From positions 4,836,001 to 4,900,000 of the forward strand of contig NC_086098.1 in NCBI RefSeq assembly GCF_963921235.1: a DNA stretch of 64,000 nt. The letters are read 5' to 3'. A model generated the notes under the pieces. The model worked only from the letters and a program-made list of their open reading frames with translations, was not told where the DNA came from and made no database searches. Positions 36,724 to 51,561 of the stretch are shown here, piece by piece. The translations under genes were made by a program, and so were the position numbers. Every line of letters starts with the position of its first letter. The first letter of the stretch is position 1. This DNA is from Mobula hypostoma (lineage: Eukaryota).

Positions 36724-38803
36724 ACATAGAAACACGGAAAACCTACAGCACAATACAGGCCCTTCAGCCCACAAAGTTGTGCTGAACATGTCCCTAATTA
36801 GAATTTACTAGCCTTACCTATAGCCCTTTATTTTTCTAAGCTCCATGTACCTGTCCAGGAGTCTCTTAAAAAACCCTATCATATCCACCTCCACCACCAT
36901 TGCCGGCAGCCCATTCCACGCACTCACCACTCTCTGGGTAAAAAACTTACCCCTGACATCTCCTCTGTACCTACTCCCCAGGACCTTAAACCTGTGTCCT
37001 CTTGTGGCAACCATTTCAACCCTGGGAAAAAGCCTTTGACTATCCACACAATCAATGCATCTCATCATCTTATACACCTCTATCAGGTCACCTCTCGTCC
37101 TCCGTCGCTCCAAAGAGAAAAGGCCAAGTTCACTCAACCTATTCTCATAAGGCGTGCTCCCCACTCCAGGCAACATCCTTGTAAGTCTCCTCTGCACCCT
37201 TTCTATGACTTCCACATCCTTCCTGTAGTGAGGGGACCAGAACTGAGCACAGTACTCCAAATGGGGTCTGACCAGGGTCCTATATAGCTGTAACATTACC
37301 TCTTGGCTCTTGAACTCAGTCCCACAGTTGATGAAGGCTAATGCACTGTATGCCTTCTTAACCAGAGTCAACCTGCACAGCTGCTTTGAGAATCCTAAGG
37401 ACTCGGACCTCAAGATCCCTCTGATCCTCCACACTGTCAAGGGTCTTACCATTAATACTATATTCTGCCATCATATTTGACCTACCAATATTGAAACACT
37501 TCACACTTATCTGGGTTGAACTCCATCTGCCACTTCTCAGCCCAGTTTTGCATCCTATCAATGTCCCGCTGTAACTTCTGACAGCCCTCCACACTATCCA
37601 CAACACCTCCAACCTTTGTGTCATCAGCAAACTTACTAACTGATCCCTACACTTCCTCATCCAGGTCATTTATAAAAATTACGAAGAGTAAGGGTCCCAG
37701 TACAGATCACTGAGGCACTCCACTGGTGACTGACCTCCATGCAGAATATGACACGTCTACAACCACTTCTGTGGGCAAGCCAGTTCTGGATCCACAAAGC
37801 AATGTCCCCTTGAATCCCATGTCTCCCTACTTTCTCAGTGAGTCTTGCATGGGGTACCTTATCAAATGCCTTGCTGAAATCCATATACACTACATCTACT
37901 GCTCTTCCTTCATCAATGTGTCTAGTCACATTCAATCAGGCTCGTAAGACACGACCTGCCCTTGACAAAGCCATGCTGGCTATTCCAAATCATATTATAC
38001 CTCTCCAAATGTTCATAAATCCTGCCTCTTAGGATCTTCACCACCAGCTTACCAACCACTGAGGTAAGACTCACTGGTCTATAATTTCCTGGGCTATCCC
38101 TGCTCCCTTTCTTGAATAAGGGAACAACATCCGCAATCCTCCAATCCTCCAATCCTCCAGAACCTCTCCCATCCCCATTGATGATGCAAAGATCATCGCC
38201 AGAGTCTCAGCAATCTCCTCCCTCGCCTTCCGCAGTAGCCTGGGGTACATCTCATCCAGTCCCGGTGACTTATCCAACTTGATGCTTTCCAAAAGTTCAA
38301 GCACATCCTCTTTCTTAATATCTACATGCTCAAGTTTTTCAGTCCGCTGCAAGTCATCACTACAATCACCAAGATCCTTTTCCATCATGAATACTGAAGC
38401 AAAGTATTCATTAAGTACCTCTGCTATTTCCTCCGGTTCCATACACACTTTCCCACTGTCACACTTGATAGGTCCTATTCTCTCACATCTTATCCTCTTG
38501 CTCTTCACATACTTGTAGAATGCCTCGGGGTTTTCCTTAATTCTGCCCACCAAGACCTTCTCATGGCCCCTTCTGGCTCTCCTAATTTCCTTCTTAAGCT
38601 CCTTCCTATTAGCCTTATAATCTTCCAGATCTCTAACATTACCTAGCTCTCTGAACCTTTTGTAAGCTTTTCTTTTCTCCTTGATTAGATTTATTACAGC
38701 CTTTGTACACCACGGTTCCTGTACCCTACCATAACTTCCCTGTCTCATTGGAACGTACCTATGCAGAACTCCACACAAATATCTCCTGAACATTTGCCAT
38801 ATT
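36724..38803 (-). mobile_element. CR1 ORF2 3' half nested in an older plus-strand CR1 (~36370-36722 and 38804-39060)
   Basis: ORFs 36814..37452, 37666..37935, 37922..38152 and 38071..38793 carry RT motifs. The host reads through gcattt|atttaagggg. Confidence 0.9.
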
Positions 38804-39060
38804 TATTTAAGGGGAATAGAATATAAAAGCAAGGAGATAATGCTGAGCCTTTATAAGACACTAGTCAGGCTGCACTTACGAGTACTGTCAACAGTTTTGG
38901 GCCCCATATCTCAGAAAGGATGTGTGGTCATTGGAGAGAAGCCAGAGGAGCATCCAAGGATGATTCTGGGAATGAAGGGGCATTTGGCACATGAGGAGTA
39001 TTTGGCAGCTTTGGGCCTGTACTCACTGGAATTTAAAAGAATGCTTGGGGATCTCACTGA

Positions 39061-40933
39061 GTCAGAATCAGAATCAGAATCAGGTTTATTATCATTGGCA
39101 AGTGACGTGAAATTTCTTAACTTAGCAGCAGCAGTTCAATGGAATACATAATCTAGAAGAGAAAAAATAAACAAATAAATCAATTACAGTATATGTATAC
39201 TGAATAGATTTAAAAAAGTGCAAAAAACAGAAATACCGTATATTTAAAAAAGTGAGGTAATGTCCAAAGCTTCAATGTCCATTTAGGAATCGGATGGAAG
39301 CGGGGAAGAAGCTGTTCCTCAATTGCTGAATGTGTGCCTTCAGGCTTCTGTACCTCCTACCTGATGGTAAGAGTGAGAAAGGGACATGCCCTGGGTGCTG
39401 GAGGTCCTTAATAATGGACACTGCCTTTCTGAGACACCGCTCCTTGAAGATATCCTGTGTACTTTGTAGGCTAGTACCCAAGATGGAGATGACTTGATTT
39501 ACAACCTTCTGCAGTTTCTTTCAGTCCTGTGCAGTAGCCACCACCCCGCCCCCGATACCAGACAGTGATGCAGCCTGTCAGAATGCTCTCCATGGTACAA
39601 CTTCAGAAGTTTTTGAGTGTATTTGTTGACATGCCAAATCTCTTCAAACTCCTAATGAAGTATAGCCGCTGTCTTGACTTCTTTATAACTACATCGATAT
39701 ATTGGGACCAGGTTAGATCCTCAGAAATCTTGACACCCAGGTACTTGAAACTGCTCACTCTCTCCACTTCTGATCCTTTGTCTTACCCTTCTTGAAGTCC
39801 ACAATCAGCTCTCTCGTCGTACTGACGTTGAGTATCAGGTTGCTACTGCAACACCACTCCACTAGCTGGCATATCTCACTCCTGTACGCCCTCTTGTCAC
39901 CACCTGAGATTCTACCAACAATGGTTGTATCGTCATTTACAGATGGTATTTGAGCTATGCTTAGCCACACAGTCATGTGTATGTAGAGAGTAGAGCAGTG
40001 GGCTAAGCACACACCTGAGGTGTGCTGGTGTTAATCGTCACTAAGGAGGATATGTTATAGAACATAGAATAGTACAGCACAGTACAGGCCCTTCAGCCCA
40101 CAATGTTGTGCCGACCCTCAAACCCTGCCTCCCATATAAGCCCCCACCTTAAATTCCTCCACATACCTGTCCAGTAGTCTCTTAAACTTCATTAGTGTAT
40201 CTGCCTCCACCACGGACTCAGGCAGTGCATTCCACGCACCAACCACTCTCTGAGTAAAAAACCTTCCTCTAATATCCCCCTTCAACTTCCCACCCCTTAC
40301 CTTAAAGCCATGTCCTCTTGTATTGAGCAGTGGTGCCCTGGCGAAGAGGCGCTGGCTGTCCACTCTATCTATTCCACTTACTATCTTGTACACCTCTATC
40401 ATGTCTCCTCTCATCCTCTTTCTCTCCTAAGAGTAAAGCCCTAGCTCCCCTAATCTCTGATCATAATCCATGCTCTCTAAACCAGGTAGCATCCTGGTAA
40501 ATCTCCTCTGTACCCTTTATCACCAATCCGCACAGTTTGTGGCCTTCCAGTTAGGAAGTCGAGGATCCAATTGCAAAGGGAGGTACAGAGGCCCAGGTTG
40601 TGCAACTTCTCAATCAGGATTGTGGGAACAATGGTATTAAATGCTGAGCTATAGTTGATGAACAGCATCCTGACGTAGGTGTTTGTGTTGTCCAGGTGGT
40701 CTAAAGCTGTGCAGAGGATCATTGAGATTGCATCTACCGTTGACCTATTGCGACAATAGGCAAATTGCAATGGGTCCAGGTGCTTGCTGAGGAAGGACTT
40801 CAGTCTAGACATGACCAACGTCTCAAAGCATTTCATCACTGTCGATGTGAATGTTACCAGACTATAGTCATTACGGCAGCTCACATTATTCTTCTTAGGT
40901 ACTGGTATAATTGTGCCTTTTTGAAGCAAGTGG
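39061..40933 (-). mobile_element. Rex1/Babar LINE fragment with a nested CR1 3' end (40057-40517)
   Basis: [32 protein letters not shown] and PSGRRYRSLK motifs, with a (gaatca)n tail. Confidence 0.85.
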
Positions 40934-40934
40934 G

Positions 40935-42110
40935 TAAGGAGGAATATTTTTTAGCCAGAGAGTAGTGAATCTGTGGAATGCTTTGCCACAGACTGCAGTG
41001 GAGGCCAAGTCCATGGGTATATTTAAAGCAGAAGTCGATTGTTTCCTGAACGATCAGAGCATCAAAGGATATGACAAGAAGGCAGGCGTATGGGGTTGAG
41101 TGGGATCTGTGATCAACGATGATGGAATTGCAGAGCAGACTTGATGGGCTGAATGGACTAATTCTGCTCCTATGACTTATGGCTTTGTGCGAGGTAGGTC
41201 ATGTCTAATCAATCTTATAGTTTTGGGGAAAATGGATAAAGATAAGGCAGTGGATGTTGCCTACATGGACTTTAGTGAGGCATTTAACAGCTGGAAAAAT
41301 AGGCTGAAATTGCCAGTGGAATTTAATGCAGACAAGTGTGAGGTTTTGCACTTCAGTCGGACCAACCAGGGTAGGCCTTAAACAGTGAATTGTGGGGCAC
41401 CAATGAGTGTGGCAGAACAAAGGGATCTGGAAAAACAGGTAGTTAATTTGGTTGAAGTAATGTCACAGGTAGATAGGGTCGTAAAGAAAGCTTTTGGCAC
41501 ACTAGCCTTCATAAATCAATGTACTGAGTACAGCAGATGGATGTTACGTTGAGGTTGTATAATACATTGGTCTAATATGGAGTTCTGGTCATCTACCTAT
41601 GGGAAAGATGTAAACAAGGTTGAAAGAGTGCAGAGAAAATTTACAAGAATATTGCCAGGTCTGGAGGACCTGAGTTATAAGGAAAGACTGAATAGGTTTG
41701 GACTGTTTTCTTTAGAACGTAGAAGATTGTGAGCAGATTTGATAGAGATATACAAAACTAGGAAGGGGTATAGATAAGGTAAATACTAGCAGGCTTTTTC
41801 CGCTGAGGTTGGGTGGGACTACAACCAGAGGTCATGGCTTAAGGATGAAATGGGATAAGTTTAAGGGGAACATGAAGGGAAACTTCTTTACTCACTGGGT
41901 CGTGAGAGTGTGGAATCAGCTGTCAGCACGAGTAGTCCATGTGAGCTTGATTTCAACGTTTAAGAGAAGTTTGGATTGGTACACGGACAGTGGGATATGG
42001 AGGGCTATGGTCCCAGTGCAGGTCATTGGGACTAGGCAGTTTAAATGGTTTTCGGAATGGACTAGATGGGCCAAAGGGCCTGTTTCTGCGTTGTACTTCT
42101 CTATGACTCT
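40935..42110 (+). mobile_element. Degenerate CR1 fragments
   Basis: YMDFSEAF, FNADKCEVLHF and FFTHWVVRVWN motifs. Confidence 0.8.
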
Positions 42111-43028
42111 GTATGTACTGTGGCCCCATAGGAGCAATGTTTTATTTAGCTGTACATACGTGTACTCAGTGGTTACCATTTTAGGTGTCTTCTGTACTTA
42201 ATAAAGCAGTCACTAAGTCTACGTACGTGGTCTTCTGCTGCTGTAGCCCATCCACTTCAAGGTTTGACACGTTATGCATTCAGAGGTGCTCTTCTATCAC
42301 TCTTCCAACATGTGGTTATTCGAGCTACTGTCACTCTCCTGTCAGCTTGAACCAGTCTGGCCATTCTCCTCTGACCTCTCTCATTCACAAGGCCTTCTTG
42401 CCCATAGAACTGCCACTCACTGAATATTCTCTTCTTTTTTTGCACCATTCGCTGTAAACTCTAGAGACTGTTGTATATAAACTCTCAGCAGATCAGCAGT
42501 GTGACACTCAAAGCACCCTGTCTGGCACCAACAACTATTCCACAGTCAAAGTCAATTAGATCCCATTTCTTCCCCATTCTGATGTTTTGTCTGAACCTCT
42601 TCACTTATATGCATTGGCTGACTAGATAACTGCAGTAATGAGCCAGTGTATAGGTGTACCTGACAAAGTGGCCACTATGTGCATGGGTGAATGACAATAA
42701 ACTTGATTTTGTAAAGATTCCTCTCAAAGTCAAGGACATAGATATCCAAATTCAATAACGGAAAAACAGTAAAGGACAGCAACTTTAAATAACATGCAAT
42801 GCGGCTAACTCCAACTACTTAGGTCAGATGTTCCCAATCTGGGATCCATCGACCCCTTGATTAATGGTATTGGTCCACTGCATAAAAAAGGTTGGGAACC
42901 CCGACTTTGAGATGCTCTTGATCTGATGCTTTGGTGATCATAATGTTTATTAGCATAGAAGTCACTTACACTTTACAACCTAAGATTTGAAAATTTGTCC
43001 TAATAATCTAAAGAATTACTTTAAAAGA

Positions 43029-43177
43029 CAAGCAACACACATCAAAGTTGCTGGTGAATGCAGCAGGCCAGGCAGCATCTCTAGGAAGAGGTACAGTCGA
43101 CGTTTCGGGCTGAGACCCTTCAACTTTGATGTGTGTTGCTTGAATTTCCAGCATCTGCAGAACTCCTCATGTTTACG
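43029..43177. mobile_element. Palindromic pLTR-like insert with partial hammerhead motif, 11-bp TSD
   Basis: TSD actttaaaaga at 43018-43028 / 43178-43188. Inverted arms caagcaacacacatcaaagttg. Minus strand GGGTCTCAGCCC-GAAA-CG-TC-gactg, with the CUGA box lost. Confidence 0.7.
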
Positions 43178-44267
43178 ACTTTAAAAGAGACGCAGGTTAA
43201 TGGGCTGGGATGAAATGTAACTGGGATTGTATAACATCCTCCGAAACTTTAGTTATAGTCTGAATTCAAAACCGAATTGCAACTTCTTTCATTACTGTCA
43301 CATGTACCTAGATGCAGTGAAAAGCTTGTTGTATATACTGTTCACACAGATCAGATCATTACACAGTGCACTGAGGTAGCACAATTGTACAAGAGGCAGT
43401 TCCAGAGTTAGATAACAGCAGGGTAAAGGCATCACTGAGTGTGGTGATACATGCTTTCAAGCTTTTATATCTTCTGTACGGGGCGAAGAGAAAATGCTCG
43501 GGGTGGGTGAGGACTATCAATGTACAGTATATTATGTCTATATTACATACACAATACTGTGCAAAAGCTTTAGGCACATATATAGTGCTACAGGGTGCCT
43601 CACACATTTGCACAGCACCGTATTTGTCAAAGTGATGCACAGCAAGTTTGTATATCTGATGGGAGCAAAGGATGTCGGTAAGGGTGAGGGTGGAGCACCA
43701 TGGGAGACGTGTGGGACATGTGGGACAAGTGGCAGAGGAGTGACGAGGCAGTGGGTGGTGTTGGTGCTGACACACCCAGCCCTAAGACACCAGGCAAGGT
43801 CATTTGATTCCAAACAATTGGTTTATTCATCATTACAGAATGTCTCTCTGGTGCTTCCCACTCTCTCTCCTCTCCCTTCCCCTTCTTCCAACCATGATCC
43901 CCTCTCCCTGCCCCCTTCCCACTCTCAGTCCACAATAGAGACCCATGTTAGCATCAGGTTTATCATCACTCACATATGTCATGAAATTTGTTTTTTTTGT
44001 GTGACAGCAGTACAGTGATTTATATAAAATCACTCAGTATTGTGCAAGAGTCTTCTGCATCTTAGCTATAAATATGTGTCTGAAACTTTTGCACAGTATT
44101 GTATACATACATATACACTGGATAGGTCATTTTACTCACTAATGCTGACGCCAATTTAAACTAAACATTAGGATCTTTAAATACATGACGCTGCTGTCTA
44201 ATAATATTCTACTGTCCGACAAAGACCATTTCTTTTTACTGGTTCTAAAGTTGAAAATGATTTTTAC

Positions 44268-44447
44268 CTTTTCTGCCTTGTGCTGCATCCTCTGCTCAAA
44301 CAGTGCCACACAGCTGCTGATAAATTGTTCACTGACCACAATGGTATCAGCAAAGATCCTGGAAGCAGAATGCTTGTTCATTGTCCTCATTAACTGCTGG
44401 AGTAAAATGGAGGCATCTTCCACAGAGAACAAACTGGGCAATAGGGG
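44268..44447 (-). CDS. UFL1: UFL1 coding exon (~exon 10), 180 nt
   Basis: PLLPSLFSVEDASILLQQLMR...FEQRMQHKAEK. Acceptor gtccag, donor AAG|gtaaaa, phase 0/0. Confidence 0.95.
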
Positions 44448-45102
44448 CTGGACACAAAACAGTACACAATCAAACATCACTCATCGGCATGGTAGCATTT
44501 TTAGTGAAGAAAAAAAGTAATATTTTATTGAGGAAAAAGTAATAATTAATTTAATAGTTTTGCTCTTTGCTATCAAATTTACTTTGAACTTTAAACATTT
44601 GCCAAGTCATCTTACAATGGTTACACCATTATTTCATGTACTATCGCTTTTGATGAACTTATGGACATGTTTGTTTGGAATAATAATAACAACAACTTTT
44701 GCAATGCTCCTCAAGTGAATCAATGCAGTCTTAGTAATATGGCTAATGTATAATTTGAAATTTAGCTCAGAGTCAATTTTAACACCTAAATTCTGTAAGG
44801 CCAGATGATCAAGTTTATTTCTAAGATTCACACTCTTTTTATTACTGCCACGAACAAACAAAAAAATCTGTTTTTGCCTTATTTAGTTCAAGGAAATCCT
44901 GAAGACATCCATTCTGTAATGATAGTAAGATTCACCCTTCAAACCTGCTCCGTCACTCACTAAGGTTGCTGATGCTCGGATTGTAACCACAAATGCAAAC
45001 TTCAATCATCACCAAATACTGAGTAAGAATTCATCTCTCTTTTCCTTCTTGGAAAAAAGTCCCCTGAACAATCACAGAACCGCATTGTTTTGGAAAGTGG
45101 AA

Positions 45103-47075
45103 AGAATCAGAATCAGGTTTATTATCATCGGCATGTGTCGTGAAATTTGTTAACTTAGCAGCAGCACTTCAATGCAATACATAATATAGAAGAAAAAAAT
45201 AATAAAGTAAATGAATTACAGTATACATATATTGAATAGATTAAAAATCGTGCAAAAACAAATAATATATACCTAAAAAGGAAGGTAGTGTTTTTATCAT
45301 TTCTTAATGCATGCATTACTAAATGACAATAAAAGGGGACTGTGTGTCCTCATGATCATAATCATAGTGTCCAAGGGTTCAATGCCCATTTAGGAATCGG
45401 ATGGCAGAGGGGAAGAAGCTGTTCCTGAATCACTGACTGTGTGCCTTCAGGCTTCTGTACCTCCTACCTGATCGCAATAGTGAGAAATGGTAACAGTCCT
45501 GGGTGCTGGAGGTCCTTAATAATGGACACTGCCTTTCTGAGACACCGCTCCTCGAAGATGTCCTGGGTACTTTGTAGGCTAGTACCCAAGATGGAGCTGA
45601 CTAGATTTACAACCCTCTGCAGCTTCTTTCGGTCCTGTGCAGTCGCCCCCTGCCCCCACCCCACCCATACCAGATAGTGATACAGCCTGTCAGAATACCC
45701 TCAACGGTACATCTGTAGAAGTTTTTGAGTGTATTTATTGACATACCGAATCGCTTCAAACTCCTAATGAAGTATAGTTGCTCCCTTGCCTTCTTTATAA
45801 CTACATCGATATGTTAGGACCAGGTTAGATCCTCAGAGATCTTGACACCCAGGAACTTGAAGTTGCTCACTCTCTCCACTTCTGATCTCACTGTGAGGAT
45901 TGGTATGTGTTCCTTCGTCCTACCCTTCCTGAAGTCCACAATTTGCTCTCGCACCTTACTGACGTTGAGTGCCAGGTTGTTGCTGCGACACCACTCCACT
46001 AGTTGGCATATCTCGCTCCTGTATGCCCTCTCATCACAATCTGAGATTTTACCAACAATGGTTGTATCATCAGCAAATTTATAGATGGTATTTGAGCTAT
46101 GCCTAGCCACAGAGTCATGGGTATAGAGAGTGTAGAGCATTGGGCTAAGCACACCTCCTTGAGGTGCCCCAGTGTTGATTGTCAGCAAGGAGGAGATGTT
46201 ATCACCAATCTGCACAGATTGTGGTCTTCCAGTTAGAAGTCGAGGATCCAATTACAGAGGGAGGTACAGAGGCCCAGGTTCTGCAACTTCTCAATCAGGA
46301 TTGTGGGAATGATGGTATTAAATGCTGAGCTATAGTCGATGAATGGCATCCTGACATAGGTGTTTGTGTTGTCCAGGTGGTCTAAAGTCATGTGAAGAGC
46401 CATTGAGATTGCATCTACTGTTGACCTGTTGCAGCAATAGGTAAATTGCAATGGGTCCAGGTCCTTGCTGAGGAAGGAGTTCAATCTAGTCATGACCAAC
46501 CTCTCAAAGCATTCATCACTGTAGATGTGAGTGCTACCGGGCGATAGTCATTAATGCAGCTCATATTATTCTTCTTAGGCACTGCTATAATTGTTGCCTT
46601 TTTGATGCAAGTAGGAACTCCTGAACGTAATAGTGAGAAGCTGAAAATGTTCTTGAATACTCCCGCCTGTTGGTTAGCACAGGTTTTCAGAGCCTTACCA
46701 GGTACTCCATCAGGACCTTTTGCCTTGTGAGGGTTCTCTCTTTAAAGGCAGCCTAACATCGGCCCCTGAGACAGAAATCACAGGGTCATCAGGTGCAGCA
46801 CAAATCTCACAGCTGTAGTTGTATTCTCCCTTTCAAAGCGGGCATAGAAGACATTGAGTTCACTTGGTAGTGAAGCATCACTGCCATTCATGCTATTGGG
46901 TTTTGCTTTGTAGGAAGTAATGCATTGCAGACCCTGCCAGAGTTGTCGTACATTCGATGTTGCCTCCAACTTCATTCCAAATTGTCTCTTCGCCCTTGAA
47001 ATAACTCTCCGCAAATCATGCCTGGTTTTCCGGTACAGGCCTCGGTTGCCAGACTTGAATGCCAAAGAACTAGCC
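45103..47075 (-). mobile_element. Rex1/Babar LINE, ~2 kb 3' fragment
   Basis: [32 protein letters not shown] and WQGLQCITSYK motifs. Confidence 0.88.
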
Positions 47076-48184
47076 TGTGTGGGGAAACTGCTGTTTGGCA
47101 CTGGCTTACGTACAAAACCCGGACCAATCAAGGCCAATATACACATGGATCTGTGCGCAACAGTTGCCAATCCAGACTCAGGCCCAGCCTGGTAGCAGTT
47201 CATAGACCCAGGCCAACTTCAGCCAATCCTGATACAGACCAGGTCAAATGCAGTCAATCCAAATCCAGACCTGATGCCACTGTGACCAATCCAGACTTGG
47301 ATCTGCCCAACTTCAACCAATTAAGACACAGACCCAGCCCAATTTGGGCCGTGGCCAATCCAGATCTTTAGTTCAATTATTGTTGGAGAGCTCCTAACCC
47401 CATTCTTCCAGTGCCTGAGTACATATTTTCAATGATACTGACCTAACTTTGACAAACAGATAGTCAAGTCCTTTCTACTACAATCATAATTCCTCCCATC
47501 AGTCAGTAAGAACAATCCCTACTATTAATTTACGGCATCAGTTTCACAATTGAAAACTTTAACTGAAACACCAGAAAATTTTCAACTCATTGTAAAATAA
47601 AAATCACAAACTGCACTGTTTCGTACAGTAGCTTTATCAAGCAATGGCTGTTCTGCTTTAACGTAAGAATAATAAATACAATGAAGGTCTGATAATCCAA
47701 TACCCAATTGTTCAAAAACCCCAGTAAATGGAACTGTGCCAATATGCTGCCTCACCGAAGTCCTCAAGGATGTCAAATTGTTGCAGTTAGAATTCTTATT
47801 TAATTGTTTTAATATTTAACAGTCGTTTTAATATTTAGTAGTCATTCCAAACATAGAAGCAGGAAGTAAAGTCATATGAAACGCCGTGATCTTGTGCAAG
47901 AGCTGGGGACCAGGCGGTGACTGATGAAGGTAGCATGGATATGAAACGCAACCTCACTAGGTCAGTTTCAGTTTACTAGCAGACGATCATAAATGACTGA
48001 TCAGATACCATAACTGGTATTTTCCTCAAGATAAATATGTTTATGAAAAAGCACATTTAAGAAGCTCATTAATTCTTAAAAAACTGTTTATTTTTGATTT
48101 GCTATAAAATGTTCTTTGCTCCATCTTTGATTACAGTTTATTGAGTTTTAATACACTATGATATCGTATGATCATTTTACTTAG

Positions 48185-51100
48185 AGCATAGGACACTACA
48201 GCACAGCACAGCCCCCTCACCCACAATATTGTGCCCTTCTTTTAATCAACTCTAAGATCAATCTAACCCTTCCTTCCAACATAGCCCTCCTTTTTTTAAA
48301 AATCATCCATGTGCCTATCTAAAAATTTCTTAAAAGCCCTTAATCTATCTGCCTCTACCACCACCCCGGCAGGGTGTTCCACCTCTGACACTCCCATATA
48401 CTATCCTGCAATCACTTTAAAATTATGCCATTTCGTATTAACCCTTTCCACCCTGGGGAAAATGTCTCTGGTTATCCACTGGATGGAATGCTCTTATCAT
48501 CTATACACCTCTATTATGTCACACCTCATCCCACTTTGTTCCAAAGAGAAAGGCCCTAGCTCGTTCAACTTCTCCTCTAGGGTTGCTGGACGGTGCGGCT
48601 CGTTGGGCTGAAAGGGCCTGTTACGTCCTATGTCTCTAAATAAACAATAAATCAATCAACTAATCGACAAACAGGCAAACAAACAAACCAACACTCTCTT
48701 TAGTCCAGACGGGATCCTGGTAAATCTGCTATGTACCCTCTCCGAAGCTTCCATATCCTTCCTATAATGAGGCGACCAGAATGGTACATTAGAAACAAAA
48801 AAACAGAAATCTACAGCACTTTATAGGCTCTTGGTCATTACAACATTGTGGGCCAATGTAGTCTACTCTTAGAAACTGCAGAGAATTTCCCTACACATAG
48901 CCCTCTATTTTTCTAAGTTCCAAGAGCTTCTTAAAAGACCCTATTGTATCCGCCTCTACCACCTTTTCTGGTAGTGTATTCTATGCACCCACCATTCGCT
49001 CTATGAAAAACTTACCTCTGAAATCCCCCTTGTAACCACTTACAAACACCTTAAAACTGAAGTGTTAGTCATTTCAGCACTAAGAAAAAGCCTCATAAGG
49101 CATGCTCCCCAATCCAGGCAACATCCTTGTAAATCTGCACTCTCCATTTAGTATCCACATCCTTCCTGTAATGAGGTGATCAGAACTCGACACAGTACTC
49201 CAAGTGGGGTCTAACCAAGGTCTTATATAGCTGTAACATAAACGCACGGCTCTTGAACACATTTATAAAATCCAGGCCATTTATAAAATTGAATTGAATT
49301 CAACTGACTTTATTTCTTACATCCTTCACATTACGTCCCCGTCTGAATCTGCAAATTATAATAACTTTTAATAAATAGTACATACAGCAAGATATACAAC
49401 GGAACAGTCATTATAGCTTAGAAATACAGTTTGTCAGCGTGAATTAATCAGTCTGATGGCCTGGTGGAAGAAGCATTCCCAGAGCCTGTTGGTTCTACCT
49501 TTAGTGCTGTGGTACTGCTTTCTAGATGGTAGCAGCTTTTAGCTGGGGTGACTCTGGTCCCCAATGATCCTTTGGACCCTTTTTACACACCTGTAACTGT
49601 AAATGTCCTGAATAGTGGGAAGCTCACATCCACAGATGTGCTGGGCTGACCGCACCACTCTCTGCAGAGCCCAGTGATTGAGCGAAGTACAGTTCCCATA
49701 CCACGCATTGATACAGCTAGTCAGGATGTTCTCAATTGTGCCCCTGTAGAAAGACCTTAGCATTTGGGAACTCATGCCGAACTTCTTCAACAGTCTGAGG
49801 TGAAAGAGGCGCTGTTGTGCTTTTTTTGACAACACAGCGAGTACCTACAGACCAAGTGAGGTCCTCGGTGATGTGTATGCCGAGGAATTTGAAGTTGTTC
49901 ACCCTCTCAACCCCAGATCCAATGATGTCAATAGGAGTTAGCCTATCTCCATTCCTCCTGTAGTCCACAACCAGCTCTTTTGATTTTGCGACATTGAGAG
50001 AAAGATTGTTTTCTTGATATCACTGAATCAGGGTGATGACTTCTTCTCTGTAGGCTGCCTCGTTATTAGTTGAGATAAGGCCAATGTAGTGTCATCTGCA
50101 AATTTAATTAGCAGACTGGAGCTGTGGGTGGCAACACAGTCATGGGTATACAGAGAGTAAAGGAGGGGGCTTAGGACACAGCCCTGGTGGGGGGGGGGCT
50201 CCTGTGTAGAGGGTCAGAGGTGAGGGAGCCCACTTTTACCACCTGCTGGCGATCTAACAGGAACTCCAGGATCCAGCTGCACAAGGCAGGGTGAAGGCCG
50301 AGGTCTCTGAGCTTCTTGTCAGGCTTGGAGGGAATTATGGTGTTGAATGCTGAGGTGCCACAAAGAGGAGGGGTCTCAGAACAGCTCCCTGCCGGACACC
50401 ACTGGTCACCGTCCTCCATACAGGATATGAACCATCTACAACCACTCTTTGCCTGCTGGATCCACAAAACAAGGTCTCCTTGGATCACATGCCTCATTAC
50501 TTTCTGAATGAGCTTCACATGGGGAACTTTATCAAAGCCTCACTGAACTCCATAAACTCTACATCCACTGCTCTGCCTTCATCAATGTGTTTTACTACCT
50601 CCTCAAATAATTCAATTAGGCTCATAAGGCATGACCTGCCCTTGACAAAGCCATGCTGACTGTCCCTAATCAGATCTTCAACAACTTACCCACCACTGAA
50701 ATAAGTCTCACTGGTCTATAATTCCATGGGTTATCTCTACTCCCTTTCTTGAACAAGGGAACAATATTTGTAGCCTTCCAATTCTCTGGTACTTCCCCCG
50801 TCCCTATTGATGATGCAAAGATTATTGCCACAGGCACAACAATCTCCTCCCTCACTTCCGACAGTAGCCTCGGGTATGTCTCATCCAGTCACGGCAACTT
50901 ATCTAACTTAATACCCTTCAAAAGCTCCAGTACACCCTCTTTACTGTAAGTCAGCCCTACAATTGCCAGGGTCCTTTCCACTGGTGAATACTGAAGCAAA
51001 GTATTCATTAAGTACCTCCGTTACCTCCTCCGGTTCCATGCAACCTTTCCACTCTCACTCCTGATTGGTCCTACTCTCACACGGCTCATCCTCTTGCTCT

Positions 51101-51480
51101 TCACTTGTAGAAAGCCTTAGGGTTTTCCTTAATCCTGCTCACTAAGGCCTTCTCATGGCCCCTCCTAGCTCTCCTAATTTCATTCTTGAGCTCCTTCCTG
51201 GCACCCTTGTCATTTTCTAGAGTTCTAACAGAACCTAGTTTCACAAGTTTTTCTTTTCTTCTCAACTAGATTTTATATAACCTTTGTACACCATGATTCT
51301 TTTGCCCTACCATCCATTCCCTGCCTCAATGGAACATACCTATGCAGAACGCTATGCAAATGTTCCCTGAACATTTGCCACATTTTTGCACGCAGTTCTC
51401 TGAGAACCATCTCCTCCCAATTTACGCTCCCAAGTTCCTGCATATAGCATATTTCCCCTTACCCCCAATTAAGTGTTTCC
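48185..51480 (-). mobile_element. Cluster of decayed CR1 fragments with a Rex1/Babar fragment (~49285-50352)
   Basis: CR1 WNYRPVRLISVVG. Rex1 KKAQQRLFHLR and YRGTIENILTSCINAWYG. Confidence 0.8.
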
Positions 51481-51561
51481 AGATAGTATTTGAAATCTCA
51501 ATTTCTTCATCCGCATTGCTAATTCAGAAGAATGCTTTAGGCTGTGTCACAGAAACAGTAC

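Noticed and set aside
47916..47958. Isolated CTGATGA...GAAA hammerhead-like string
   Set aside because: Stem II pairs poorly, there is no correctly placed UH site, and the flanks do not match the family.
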